Positions 1 to 10,325 of a stretch of DNA of 20,000 bases are shown here, one piece after another. The notes under the pieces were generated by a model, which searched no databases, was not told the origin of the DNA, and saw only the letters and a list, made by a program, of their open reading frames with translations. Each line of letters opens with the position of its first letter. Within the stretch, counting starts at the first letter, position 1. The stretch is from Catajapyx aquilonaris (Eukaryota), in assembly GCA_000934665.2 (NCBI GenBank), contig KZ538422.1, forward strand, positions 52,145-72,144, in the 5' to 3' direction. Both the position numbers and the translations under genes were made by a program.

Positions 1-1474
1 AAATAATGATGTTAGAAGCAATAAGTCATTTTGGGGTCACTCACTCGATTTGTAAACAGTGGCAACAATGGAAGCGCTCTCCATGGGCTGATGTTTGAAT
101 TGGCCCGCCGGACGGGGTTGCCAGGTAACTCCGCCGCTGCCGGAAAAAAACATTCAGCGACGGCTATTATGTCCAGCACTATGGTATGTTGTTATTCACT
201 TGTGGTCAGTCAAGGAAGAAATCACTTTTTTGCATTGAGCTCTGTTGAATTACTAGTCATTAGCATACTAGTAATTTGAACCAGATGCTCAGTCTTCTAG
301 TTTCATTAAAGACGAAATCTTGATTATATGTCATATAGTATGCATGTTCAGTATTTTAAGAAGTTGCTGAAGTAGCCGTAATGGTTGTGTTGGGTTGTCA
401 GAAGAAGTGTACACTAGCTGTGGGTAAATTTGCATTTGATTTTTATGGCAAGTTTGCTTTGTAAAGGTGCTCATGTAAAATGCAATATAGGGGTCCAGAA
501 ATTAGTTAGCTCCAGGCATCTGCAGCTGTAGCTGTTAAATTCTCAAGACGTCTCAAAATAGCTGACTAAATAGTTGTCAACATCATTTTCTGCAGTGCAG
601 GATGTGCTTTCTGTGCTTCATCAGTATTCTGAAATCTATTCAAGTACCCCACCTCATGCTCACCTTCATAAATTCATTTAAGTATCTCAGCACGTTCCAT
701 AGTGACAGAAATTGGGATTTTGAGGGGTGGCTTTTCCTTGTCAAAGAGACTATTTTAAGACTTGCTTGCCAGCTAAATCATGGATGCCAAACTGATTATT
801 TTTAGTGTATCTAAAAAAAATTGGAAACTCGCGACTTAAATTTTTGATAGGTGACAGCTAACTTGATGATGTAGGTTTCATATGTTATTGCAATCACTCA
901 GTGAATGTTATCACTAAAGCTACGCAAAATAAAAATTCTACCCACACTTTTGATTTTACTCTTCAGCATAAAACCAGGTTATAAATGTTGCATTTAAACT
1001 CATACATATTGCATTTTAAATATGATTTTATTTAAAGCCATTGTGCCATGAATATTAGATGAAAGACTTTCTATAGCCTCTTTCTCTGCAAATATTTATG
1101 ATCCAAAGAGGGGGAATGGAGAAGGGTTGGTGGATTATTCACTCCAGGCAATGTAAACAAAGTCTGCTGCATGCAAGCAGGTAAAGGAAGACTTGACCGT
1201 TGTGGCGAGTCTGAAGGTGAGTTTTAATGAAGAACATGGGTGACTAATTCACCAACTTTTCTGACCCCCTACATCAGAGGGCAAACTTGGGCAGAAACAC
1301 CCTCTGTAGATTTCTATAGACTACACAAAAATAGTCAAATTCATTAGTAGCCTAATCTATTAAAAATGATTATTAACATGTTTAAAGTATAAATAGTCAT
1401 GCATATTTGCATGATGACCACAGATTCTTAGTGCCACAGTACTATGCATTTACTTCCGGAATGTATGCACAGAG

Positions 1475-1641
1475 CAAGGGGTTAGCAACTCCCCAAAAAA
1501 GTGTACACCAGATCCTGGAACCGGGAGATTCCACCCGGTTCCGAGCCGGTTCCACCTGGTTTCAGGCCGGTTCCAAGCCGGTTCCACCTGGTTCCTTGAC
1601 CAATGTGTATACACCGGTTCCAGGGAGTTGCTACCCCTTTG
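1475..1641. mobile_element. hAT-type non-autonomous element (MITE), 167 bp
   Basis: 19-bp TIRs (CAAGGGGTTAGCAACTCCC vs revcomp CAAAGGGGTAGCAACTCCC, 2 mismatches). Perfect 8-bp TSD GCACAGAG at 1467-1474 and 1642-1649. Internal CCGGTTCC repeats at about 11-bp spacing. Confidence 0.85.
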
Positions 1642-2998
1642 GCACAGAGTTATTGGTTTTTTTTTTGCATGTGTATTTTTTTCCGGAACTATGACTAACA
1701 AAAGTGGTATTTCACAAGTCAAAATAGTTTCGCAATGTCTTGTATTAAGTGTGGTATGCTGACTTCTTACCACACAGGGTGACCTAAATGTCCTCTGCCT
1801 GCTGTTTAAAGGATCTATTGATATCCTGTTTTGAGGAGAAGGGAAATGCAATGACACACCCTAATATTGCAGGGGTTATTTGGTTGACTCAGGTTTGCCA
1901 CAATTTTGTGAAGGGACTGCACATGTCAAGCAACATCTGAGTCAAAGTACATAAAGCAATAGTAGGAATGTGGTCTCTGTCCTTGACCTCAGATGGGTTA
2001 GAACTGCCATAGTGTGAGGATGTCTGTCACCTCTACCCCTATTAAGTTTCAAACTGCCAGCTGGTCATGAGATAGACACAGAAGAAGTATGTGCACCACA
2101 TGTTACACAGTGAACTCATCTTGGTGAACTCAATAGCCTACATAATTTTGCACTTTAAATGACTTGCAATTATTGATGTCAGCCACTGTATGTGACTAGT
2201 TCAATTTGCCATCAGCGTCAAATTCTTCTCAAAAACCATTGCATTGTGTAGTGCAACTTTCCAGGCCACGCAGCCATTAGGCTCTTGCATTGATTAGACA
2301 AAAATACCTTAGTTAATTTTTAAAAAAATTGGGCTCCTTGATGGATTTTTGAATCTCTTTATAATCTGGTTATATGGCATGCCTGGCAACCCATGTAGTA
2401 GCAAGATGTTTTGCAAGTCACCTGGCCTGCAGGATGAGCTTGATCACTAGTGTCTTATGGGATTGATTCAATAACTCTATAATGAAGCTGAAGCAACAAA
2501 AATCAACTAGGGAAATTTTGCCTTAGAAATCCACAAGAAGTCTGAATTTCCAAGAGGAAGTGGCACCACCCTGCATACCATGGGTGGTTAGGTGGTAGCA
2601 CAACCATATTTTATCATTCACTACTGGGTGTCATCAAATCTATTGTCACCATATATCATAAGGATGCCTTCCAGGCAAACATGATGTGTTTTGGTCTTGG
2701 AACAGTCCAGGGAGTTGCCCTATCTGTCCGCATACAGGAGTTACTGCCCAGGCTGTATGAGACTGGAGTGCAACGAGAAATGCTACTAGGCCTATTACTT
2801 TATTCTCAAGAGACTCACTTGTTCTGTTTGCACTCATTGCTTCAGGCCTTGCCTGTGCTGCAAGTTGACCAGGTCTGTAGGAATAGAGTAGTGGTGTCAG
2901 GTGTGTTGACAAGCTACTACAAGATAGCATGCAGTGTAATGCCATATAAAGTGGGACAAATTTGTGATTTCCCCTTTCTCTTGAAAATCATTGTATAT

Positions 2999-3897
2999 CC
3001 TCCTGAGACCTGAGAATAATTTTTAATGCAATGTCAGTTCCTATTGCATTTTCTGAACATTTTCCCAATAAGAAACAAGAAAAAAATTTTAGTTTTAAAA
3101 TATCAACAAAAATAGTGACACACAACCAATGAGAACATCAGGACCCAATTGCTGCTACAAAAACAGAACGGATGAAAGCTGAAGAAAATTTAAATACCAC
3201 TTAATGGATCACTAACATAGTGCTCTATCCTCAAAACAATGTTTTTTAAAATTCATTTGTGGAATTTGTGGTAGCAATTCCTCTCAGAAGACAATTAAAG
3301 ATAAATGAAATTATTTTTGAATGCCACCACTCCAGGCATGGGGCTTGCTTCTTCCCTTCTTACCCCCTAACATGGTACCTAGCTATTCTAGATTTTAAAA
3401 CTGAACTGTATAATGCAAAGCACACTTCCTTATGGGTGTACAGGTACAGGCACTTAAAGAAATGCCACAGCCCATTCAGCTAAAAATAATAATTTTGGAT
3501 GTCCATTTAAATGGGCATTTGGTCTCAGGAAGAAAAGAAAATTACCAGTTCTCTACAGCAACAAAGATTGTCACAGACACATCTTTTCGTATTCCCTAAT
3601 ACACATGCCTTGAGAATCCCAGGACATTCACTGCATTGCGAAAATTGCACTCTAAATGTGAATAAAAAAATAAAACTTATCAGATGAGCGCCTAGCTTCA
3701 GCAGCGGAATCCGCCATTTTCATTAAGTGATTCAATTTTCGCGGCCAAAGTCAGATATTCGACACTTGGTGTTGCCACCTATTGAGGCCAGATTATAATC
3801 ATGGGATACCAAGATTACAGTTTTGTTGGCATCACTAGTTGGCGCCAAAAAATTTATTTGCTGATATCAACATATGTCGACACCAGGTCTCAGGAGG
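2999..3897. mobile_element. piggyBac-like non-autonomous DNA element flanked by ATAT
   Basis: ATATCCTCCTGAGACCTG (2995-3012) is the exact reverse complement of CAGGTCTCAGGAGGATAT (3884-3901). CC..GG termini and a 4-bp AT-rich flank. An extra right-end-like copy GGTCTCAGGAAG lies at 3521-3532. Confidence 0.65.
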
Positions 3898-4143
3898 ATA
3901 TTTCATGTTTAACTGCTATTGTCTACAATTACACCTTGTTTGGAGGGTAAAAATGACTTTCAGGTTAGGTGTAAAATACTAATGAACTCATGCTTATTAA
4001 CAAAATTAAACCTTGCCCAAAGAGTGGTATGCATATACTGAGAGCTTAGGTACTGTATCAGCCAGAAAAAATGAAATTAATCGTGTTGCACAGCTCCAGT
4101 AAGGTCACTGCAAAATCATTGTAGTCCGAGATCTAATGCAATT

Positions 4144-4287
4144 GGGTCATCCATAAATTACGCAGACAGGATGGGGTCTTCAATTGTACATGAGTGTACA
4201 TCAATGCATCTTATATAAGTGTCCACGAGGGGGGGAAGGGGAAGGTTGAAAATAGTGACCAAAGTGTCATGAATTAATTGATGACTC
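4144..4287. mobile_element. Degenerate short MITE, PIF/Harbinger-like
   Basis: Imperfect TIRs GGGTCATCCATAAATT vs revcomp of the right end GAGTCATCAATTAATT. TTA follows the right end. Superfamily assignment is inferred. Confidence 0.5.
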
Positions 4288-4661
4288 TTAAATATGGAGT
4301 AGAGCATGTCATAAGCTTTGATTGCCACTACTCAATATTCACATTGAGGCAGACACATTATCAAGTTTCAAACCAACTTGTTGGAGTCTTTGAGTGCTAT
4401 TGCAAAATTTGCGAACATGTTCTCAGCAGTGTTCTGAAAGCAGCTTGCTTTCATTCCATTTGAGCCCAGTTTCTGCAGTGCTTGTGTCAACCATACTGTA
4501 GCATATGCAGACTTTGATATACCCAGAACTATTATCAATACCCTGAGCAGAATCTTCTCTCACAAGTCAGTCTGACCTGTGTAGTTGGCATGTGGTTTTT
4601 GAAAATCCCAGAAACTATCCATATATGTTTACATTTCTTTCCCTTCCCCCCCCCCCCACCC

Positions 4662-4719
4662 NNNNNNNNNNNNNNNNNNNNNNNNNNNNNNNNNNNNNNN
4701 NNNNNNNNNNNNNNNNNNN
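4662..4719. other. Assembly gap (58 N) flanked by poly-C runs
   Basis: N run with C homopolymers on both sides. Confidence 0.99.
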
Positions 4720-5629
4720 CCCCCCCCCCCCCCCCCCCCATCTAGCTACCATTTTGTAATCCTTAGGAACATGCAATCCTCCCTTGTTTGGGTCATGAGC
4801 CCCAATATGGGAACTGCTGGCTTACTTGTTCTCATTATTTGTGTTGTTTTTTTGGGAGGAGGTCAACGGGACAGGAGAGGTGGGCGGATATAAGTTGGAA
4901 TGTGTTGTAACTTGGCAGGTTCAGCAGGGACTAAAAGGTGCCCCCTGGAACCAAAGATAGCCTTGGCTGGCTTCCCAATGTACAATTGTGGAAACAGCTG
5001 CCTGTGATGTAGTGAGTCTGTTAAGGCACAGCATTGAACTTGACAGGGCTGATGGGAAGGTTACTGTGTCAGTTTGATGAACTTAGAGTTGATGTAATGT
5101 TATTTCTTGTGTGCATCATTTGCCAAGAAGATTTTGATTGCACTGATATTGACTGATGTGGATAGATTATTGTTTCTATTCAGAGTTTAGCTTAACCAGC
5201 AATTTATCTGTATTGCGTAGGTATAACAAGGCTTTTCTGAAGTGTTTGTCCTAAGTCAGGTAATATTTTTAACTACTTTTACAGTTGGCATTTAATTTAC
5301 ACCCATGTGACAAACTATTTCATTGCCTATATTTTGTGTATAAAAATGAGCAAGTTCTGAATTTTGGGTCTGATTCCAAATATTTTGGATGATTTCGATC
5401 TTTTGAAAAACTAAGAAAAGCAGTATAATACGCTATGGTTCTTGCATTTAGGTCATTGCTAAAGTTTACTTGCTGGATGCTGACAGAAAATTTGCTAATA
5501 ATCTTGGACGTTCAGTTTTTGCAATGTCACAAAAAAAATAAGGATTAACACCATTAGTGGCTGGTGATAGTTGCTCCATAGAAAGAAGGGTTGGATATGA
5601 GCTCTGGATCCTGGAAGGTTGTTTGCAGT

Positions 5630-5974
5630 ATAATAATAATAATGCTGGGGTAATGTGCTTTCGCCCCCACCTGGGGGCATATCGCATGGACCTTTATTAG
5701 AAGGTATACATTTCGGCGCCTATTGATTGAAACGCCCGGGCCCACGGGCAGGATGACAGGAGGGGATGTGCAAGGTGCAGTGCAATGTCCTTGTGTGGCC
5801 ATTTTTAGTGAACTCCCTTGGGTGGTTTAGGCTATTGGAAATACCACCTGAGACGAAGCCAGAGGTGACCCTGAACTCTGCACGAGATGAAGGGGGTTTC
5901 CCCGGGTGGGATTTGATCCTGGGACCTTAACATCCATGGGCGCGTATGTACCGCAGCAGCACTTCTCCTCCCCT
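5630..5974 (-). mobile_element. tRNA-derived SINE, family A, copy 1
   Basis: Minus-strand tRNA-like head with degenerate box B (GGATCAAATCCC) and an (ATT)n tail. 13-bp TSD with one mismatch: GGTTGTTTGCAGT 5617-5629 and GGTTGTTTGCTGT 5975-5987. 5734-5974 aligns with 18554-18793. Confidence 0.88.
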
Positions 5975-6127
5975 GGTTGTTTGCTGTGAAAGGACTTGTT
6001 GCCCAATAATTAAATTGCAATAGGCAGCTGGAAGTGTTTATTGTGATGCAGAAAAAAGTACAAATGCTTTCTCTTGGCTGATTTGTTTCTAAAGCCTAAA
6101 ATCTTTACAAAATACTGTGCAGAGAGC

Positions 6128-6400
6128 ATAGGTCTTTCATCATCTAGGCCAAAGAAAGAAGCCTTTGTTGATTGAAACTCTGCAGGTCATGGTTACACCA
6201 AGCTAAGCAATGCAAGGGCTGTGCTGACAACACTGGGAACATATGCTGCTCTCAGATGAAGCTCGCCTCAGCCTAGAATTGACTTGATGGGAAGCAGTAC
6301 ATGAGGCATTGAAGTTGCATATCGTCAAATTCTTTTCAAACACTGCCAAACACTTATAGGTGATGAGTCAGTGGTAGGTGGATGGAGGCCTACCCTTCCA
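6128..6400 (+). pseudogene. Decayed Tc1-family transposase fragment
   Basis: Frameshifted translation gives IGLSSSRPKK/KPLL, AKQCKG, WEHMLLSDEARLSL/DGKQYMR and GDESVV. The order matches the Tc1 motifs GLxSRRPxKKPLL, WxxVLFSDESRF, DG and GGGSVMVWG. Stops and frameshifts are present. Boundaries are approximate. Confidence 0.7.
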
Positions 6401-6544
6401 ATCTGGTACAATGAACCCAGAAACAGTTTCTCCATTGAAAGTGAAAACTTCTGCAATAGAATCCATCAGGGTAGAAATATGGTGGGATTGCATATAGGCC
6501 TATAATAGAACTTTAAAGTGAAAATGACATATACCCTACTTATA

Positions 6545-6971
6545 CAGGGTTCGGAAATTTAATCTACCGTCACTTTGGGAAATGATAGAGAGGTTCTGGG
6601 TGATCACTTTGAGTATATGCAACATGGGTCTCCCGACACAGAGATAATTAGCATTAAATAAAAAGTGCATTATCTCAGCTTATGTTTCGGATACTGCTTA
6701 CGACACTTCCATCGCCTAGGACATTCCCTGTTACACCTAACAGGATTGTAAATTAAAATTAAATTACATGGTACAATCTTAAATTTAAATGGAAAAGGTA
6801 AGGTCACATGAGGGACGCATACCTGCGAGGATATTTGATACCTTGTGCTTGAAGCACATTATCTCGCTAACTATGTGTTGGAGACCCATGTTGCATAATC
6901 ATGCTCAAAGTGATCACCTAGAACCCACACATCATTTCCCAAAGCGACAGTACGTTAAATTTCGAACCCTG
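6545..6971. mobile_element. Tc1/mariner-type MITE, 427 bp
   Basis: About 95-bp imperfect TIRs (CAGGGTTCGGAAATTTAA...TGATCACTTTGAG...GCAACATGGGTCTCC and its reverse complement at about 6875-6971). TA on the left, CA (mutated TA) on the right. Confidence 0.85.
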
Positions 6972-7175
6972 CATAATCCTGAAAGGTCAACCCAACAATA
7001 ATTAGTGATGACTATAAGATGTTGATTTTATTAACATGTACACTTTAATTCCAACTTGATGCAATAATTTTTTTCTCCATATGTTGCATCATTTGCAATA
7101 TTAAGAAGTTAACAACTGTAGGTGATGTTATTTTTGTGCAACATGTAAAGAGTGGTGTCTTGATTTCAGACCACC

Positions 7176-7305
7176 ATGCTAAAATCACTGGCCAGTTACT
7201 TCCTTGGTGGTGACGATGTTGATGGCAGTCATGAATCAAATGAAGACTTGGCCCTCAAATCAGTGGATGCGGAGGATGACTGGGTCTTTGTCGATGTTGC
7301 TTCAG
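7176..7305 (+). CDS. DOR: TP53INP/DOR family protein, coding exon 1 (MLKSLASYFLGG...EDDWVFVDVAS)
   Basis: Acceptor tttcag at 7164-7169, Kozak-like ACCACCATG, donor AG/GTAAAG at 7306 (phase 1). The N-terminus and acidic W-x-x-V LIR motif match the TP53INP1/2 and Drosophila DOR pattern. Absent from the ORF track because it is short. Confidence 0.92.
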
Positions 7306-7385
7306 GTAAAGGGCTCAACTCTAGCAAGGTTGACAGTGTGATTTAATACAAGAAGTCTTTACATACCTACTGTTTTTTTTTTCAG

Positions 7386-7752
7386 ATAAATTGCATGAGG
7401 CTAGAACCTTTTCCCCTCGCCCAGCTTTGCCTGCCTCTCCTCCCCTCCCAGTGCCCTCCGACAAGCAGCTGGCCTTGTCGGTAGCAGTAATGGTATCTCC
7501 AACGGCAACTCCCTTGGCTCCTCTCTCACCCCAAGCTATGGAGGGTTCCTGGTTCCTGACCCCCCCTCCGTGCTTTACTGTTGAGAACCCCACCTCGGTG
7601 GAGACGTCGCCAATGGAGAATCTGCTTATTGAGCATCCAAGCATGTCAGTATATCACCATGCTCAGCCAGCGGCCATTCCTGAGCCTGCACCTCATCCTG
7701 TTCAAAACACAGCGGCTTCACCTCCACAGGAGTCTTCCCAAGGAACCAAGAG
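7386..7752 (+). CDS. DOR: TP53INP/DOR family protein, coding exon 2
   Basis: Follows an 80-nt intron with a poly-T acceptor. Encodes MEGSWFLTPPPCFT...VETSPMENLLIEHPSMSVY, the family's signature block. Donor AG/GTTAGT at 7753 (phase 2). Confidence 0.96.
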
Positions 7753-8829
7753 GTTAGTTGGCTTAAGAGTCTAGCAAGGTGTTTCAGAATTGGACCAAAA
7801 AACTTGGAGTGTGAACTTGGACTTTCAGCACCAGTGCATCACTTTAGGTGGAGGTGTCTTTTTGCATCTGCAGCCTAGTTACTGAGATAGTGGGCTATTT
7901 ATCATGTAGTATAACATGTACTGGAAGGCTTGCATTTCACCAGACGTGATCTGCAACTGAAAAGGCTTGCCTGTCTACTTCTTGGCAAGGAGACGAAGTG
8001 TGGATGACTGACCCATCAGTTGCAGTGTGTCAATCAGCTGTGCTATGCATGTGACAGTTGCTTCTGGCCCACACTCTTAAAGTGTTGTAATTGGAGTGAT
8101 AAAGACGTACTGGTATGCAGATCTGAGAGTGGTGCCCCTTGAGTATGACACCATGCAATGTTTTATTAGGGGGAGATGGCTGATGTGCACCTAACCTGTG
8201 GTGCAGCAGAAGAGAATGTTACGTTGCAGTTTTAGTTTACACCATGGATTGCATCATGCCGAAATGGCAACTACATTAAGATACCTAGGTGTCAACGCAG
8301 TTTTGGTGTCGTTTGTGTAACTTATTTAATGTACCAAATTTTCCAGCACCAGTGGGATGCCATAATAGTAGCAAAAACTCGGCACCAATTTCGGTGACAA
8401 AGTATTGGCACTGGTTAGGTACCAATTATGAACCAACATCATCAGTACTTGTTATCCATGAACATGTTGGTATTATTTCGACACCAGGTAGACACTGTGC
8501 TGACGAAATTCTGTCGTGTCATTGGCACCAGAAGTCGGTATCCTATTGGCACTGGTAAAAGTAGTAAATCCTAGCCTTTTTGGTACCGAATATTTAAATA
8601 TTTTGGCACCATTTCGCAACCAAGTATGTTTGTTGGGTTGCACTAGCCATGGGCAGGAAACACATAGTTCAGCCATGCCGTGTGTGTGGTCAGATGCAAT
8701 CCTTCCAGGATGTCCTACTACATGATAAATTGCCCATTATCTCAGTAACTAGGCAGCAGACACCAAACAGCACCTCTACATAAAGTAACCCACTTCAGCC
8801 CAAGAGATCAGCCTAGAGGTCTTTGGCCA

Positions 8830-8879
8830 ATTTTTGAAACACTTCCCACCCGCTCCAGGGTGGGAAGTGTTTCAAAAAT
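8830..8879. repeat. Perfect 22-bp stem hairpin with 6-nt loop
   Basis: ATTTTTGAAACACTTCCCACCC-gctcca-GGGTGGGAAGTGTTTCAAAAAT. Confidence 0.95.
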
Positions 8880-8969
8880 GTGTGGTGTACATACCCAGTG
8901 TTTGTCTGAACACGTCAATGAAATGACAGGGTTTATGGCCAGCAGTGTACTCCATGGCCCAAAATAAAT

Positions 8970-9171
8970 CAAGAACGTAGGGCGGAGAAATGTCTAGGGA
9001 GCAACTGTTAATAAGATTTGGGTTCCCCTTAGACAAATGTGGCCACCCACCCAACAGCTGTTTTGTAGGGAAAGCAACATACAGATGGCCACATTTGTCT
9101 CACAGAACCCAAATCTTCATCATATGATATTAACAGTTGCTCCCTCGACATTTCTCGCCCCTACATGTTTG
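8970..9171. mobile_element. Truncated foldback MITE related to the 10326 and 15672 family
   Basis: Arms GTAGGGCGGAGAAATGTCTAGGGAGCAACTGTTAATA...GATTTGGGTTC and their reverse complement at 9105-9171. Inner perfect pair AGACAAATGTGGCCA at 9031-9045 and 9086-9100. Shares the GAGAAATGTCxAGGGAGCAAC motif with the 15672 element. Confidence 0.75.
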
Positions 9172-9234
9172 ACATGCTAAGGAATATGCTTCCAGCCAGA
9201 TGACATACTCCAGTAAGAATTGATGGAAAATTGG

Positions 9235-9525
9235 TGCACTTCCTCTCATACAGAAGTTCCTTGCAACATTCCAGGACAACATTGCTCTAGTGATTTTGGC
9301 TTCATTAGTTGCATGTTAAGTTTAATTTGCTGTTAATAGGGTCTTCCTGTACACCTGCGATACATGGTCATCAGTTATGCATGGTAACCCTTATTACCAG
9401 CATCTGTGACAAAATGAAACTTATGAGTAATTATCTTCCTGATGAAGCCAAAAGCACCAAGATCAACTAGAGTAATTTTTTTCTTGGAATATTGCAAGGA
9501 ACCTAAATCCAAGAAGTAGTGCATA
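9235..9525. mobile_element. Old degenerate foldback element (probable MITE)
   Basis: GTTCCTTGCAACATTCCAGGA (9256-9276) vs revcomp of TCTTGGAATATTGCAAGGAAC (9482-9502). TTTTGGCTTCAT and ATGAAGCCAAAA also pair. Termini are unclear. Confidence 0.6.
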
Positions 9526-9856
9526 AATTTGCAACACCCTGCAGAGGGTGTGCCATATGCCCTATCACCTCCTTTTAATGCATGAACTAGGGCGTAGAGG
9601 TTCTGTAATCAAGGTTATCGTATGCGGAAACTTCTCTGGATTTATTATGTTGTTATAAATTCTCAGTACATTTACCGCGTACCTGTAATTTGCAAAAATA
9701 TAACCACACGTTCTAAATGACAATTTGCCAAGGAGATTGGGATTGCAAATAAGAAATGGCTTTTATATTGTCTTAAATAAAGTGGGGTATTTCGAGCACA
9801 ATGGCAAAACGGCATGTACCTCTTTTCGCAACTCAAAAACACAGTGCGCTTATTGT

Positions 9857-10162
9857 ATAATAAATAATAAATAATTTGTGCCCCGTGCTAGGGCCATGGG
9901 CCCTCTTAGGGGGGTGGGATACCACCATATTTTTTTATCTGGAACTCTTACTTTCGTTTTTACTTATCGTATATGGGGATGGGATAGGGACGGAAGGAAG
10001 CGGCTGTGGCCTATAATTACGGACACGACCCCGGAATTTTTCTGGTGAGACCATGGAAAACCACAGAAAACCACCGTCAGGGTCAGCGGCCACCGGGATT
10101 CGAACCCAGGACCTCCCATTAGCAGTCAGATACCATATCCCCTCCGCTACCACTGCTTCGGT
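9857..10162 (-). mobile_element. tRNA-derived SINE, family B, full length (306 bp)
   Basis: Perfect 15-bp TSD CAGTGCGCTTATTGT at 9842-9856 and 10163-10177. Perfect box B GGTTCGAATCC on the minus strand (10096-10106). (TTAT/TTA)n tail. Central GGTTTTCTGTGGTTTTCC...GGCCACAGCCGCTTCCTTCC domain resembles arthropod SINE cores. Confidence 0.93.
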
Positions 10163-10325
10163 CAGTGCGCTTATTGTGAGCATACCATTCCCAAATGCCA
10201 GTGTCTGCCTTTGTTTTCACCCCAAGTGCCTGAAATTCAGCACTTGGTATTTTGACCATGTTGTAGACTACAAGTGCATTTGGGATATACCACTCGATTG
10301 ATGGTTTTATCTGTGCTAGTTCATA

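Noticed and set aside
1153..1160. FOXO-type site GTAAACAA (Drosophila DOR is FOXO-regulated)
   Set aside because: A single AT-rich 8-mer is expected by chance in 20 kb.
1407..1857. ORFs 1407-1694 (+) and 1450-1857 (-)
   Set aside because: They stay open because of the CCGGTTCC repeats of the hAT MITE and resemble no protein family I recognise.
2646..3013. Overlapping ORFs of 99-110 aa on both strands
   Set aside because: No recognisable motifs or splice context, so probably chance or decayed repeat.
4535..4741. Poly-Gly ORF
   Set aside because: Artefact of the poly-C runs and the N gap.
4860..5220. Possible LINE reverse-transcriptase relic (QQGLK/GCPL-like text)
   Set aside because: Needs several frameshifts and has no clear YADD motif, so it is too weak without an HMM search.
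5734..5974. Apparent excess CpG loss in the intronic SINE copy versus the intergenic copy
   Set aside because: CpG losses occur in both copies at similar small counts, so no conclusion is possible without a consensus.
10085..10162. tRNA gene (box A/B present); same consideration for 18720-18793
   Set aside because: It is embedded in a SINE body with a simple-repeat tail (and a TSD for this copy), and no complete cloverleaf was evident.
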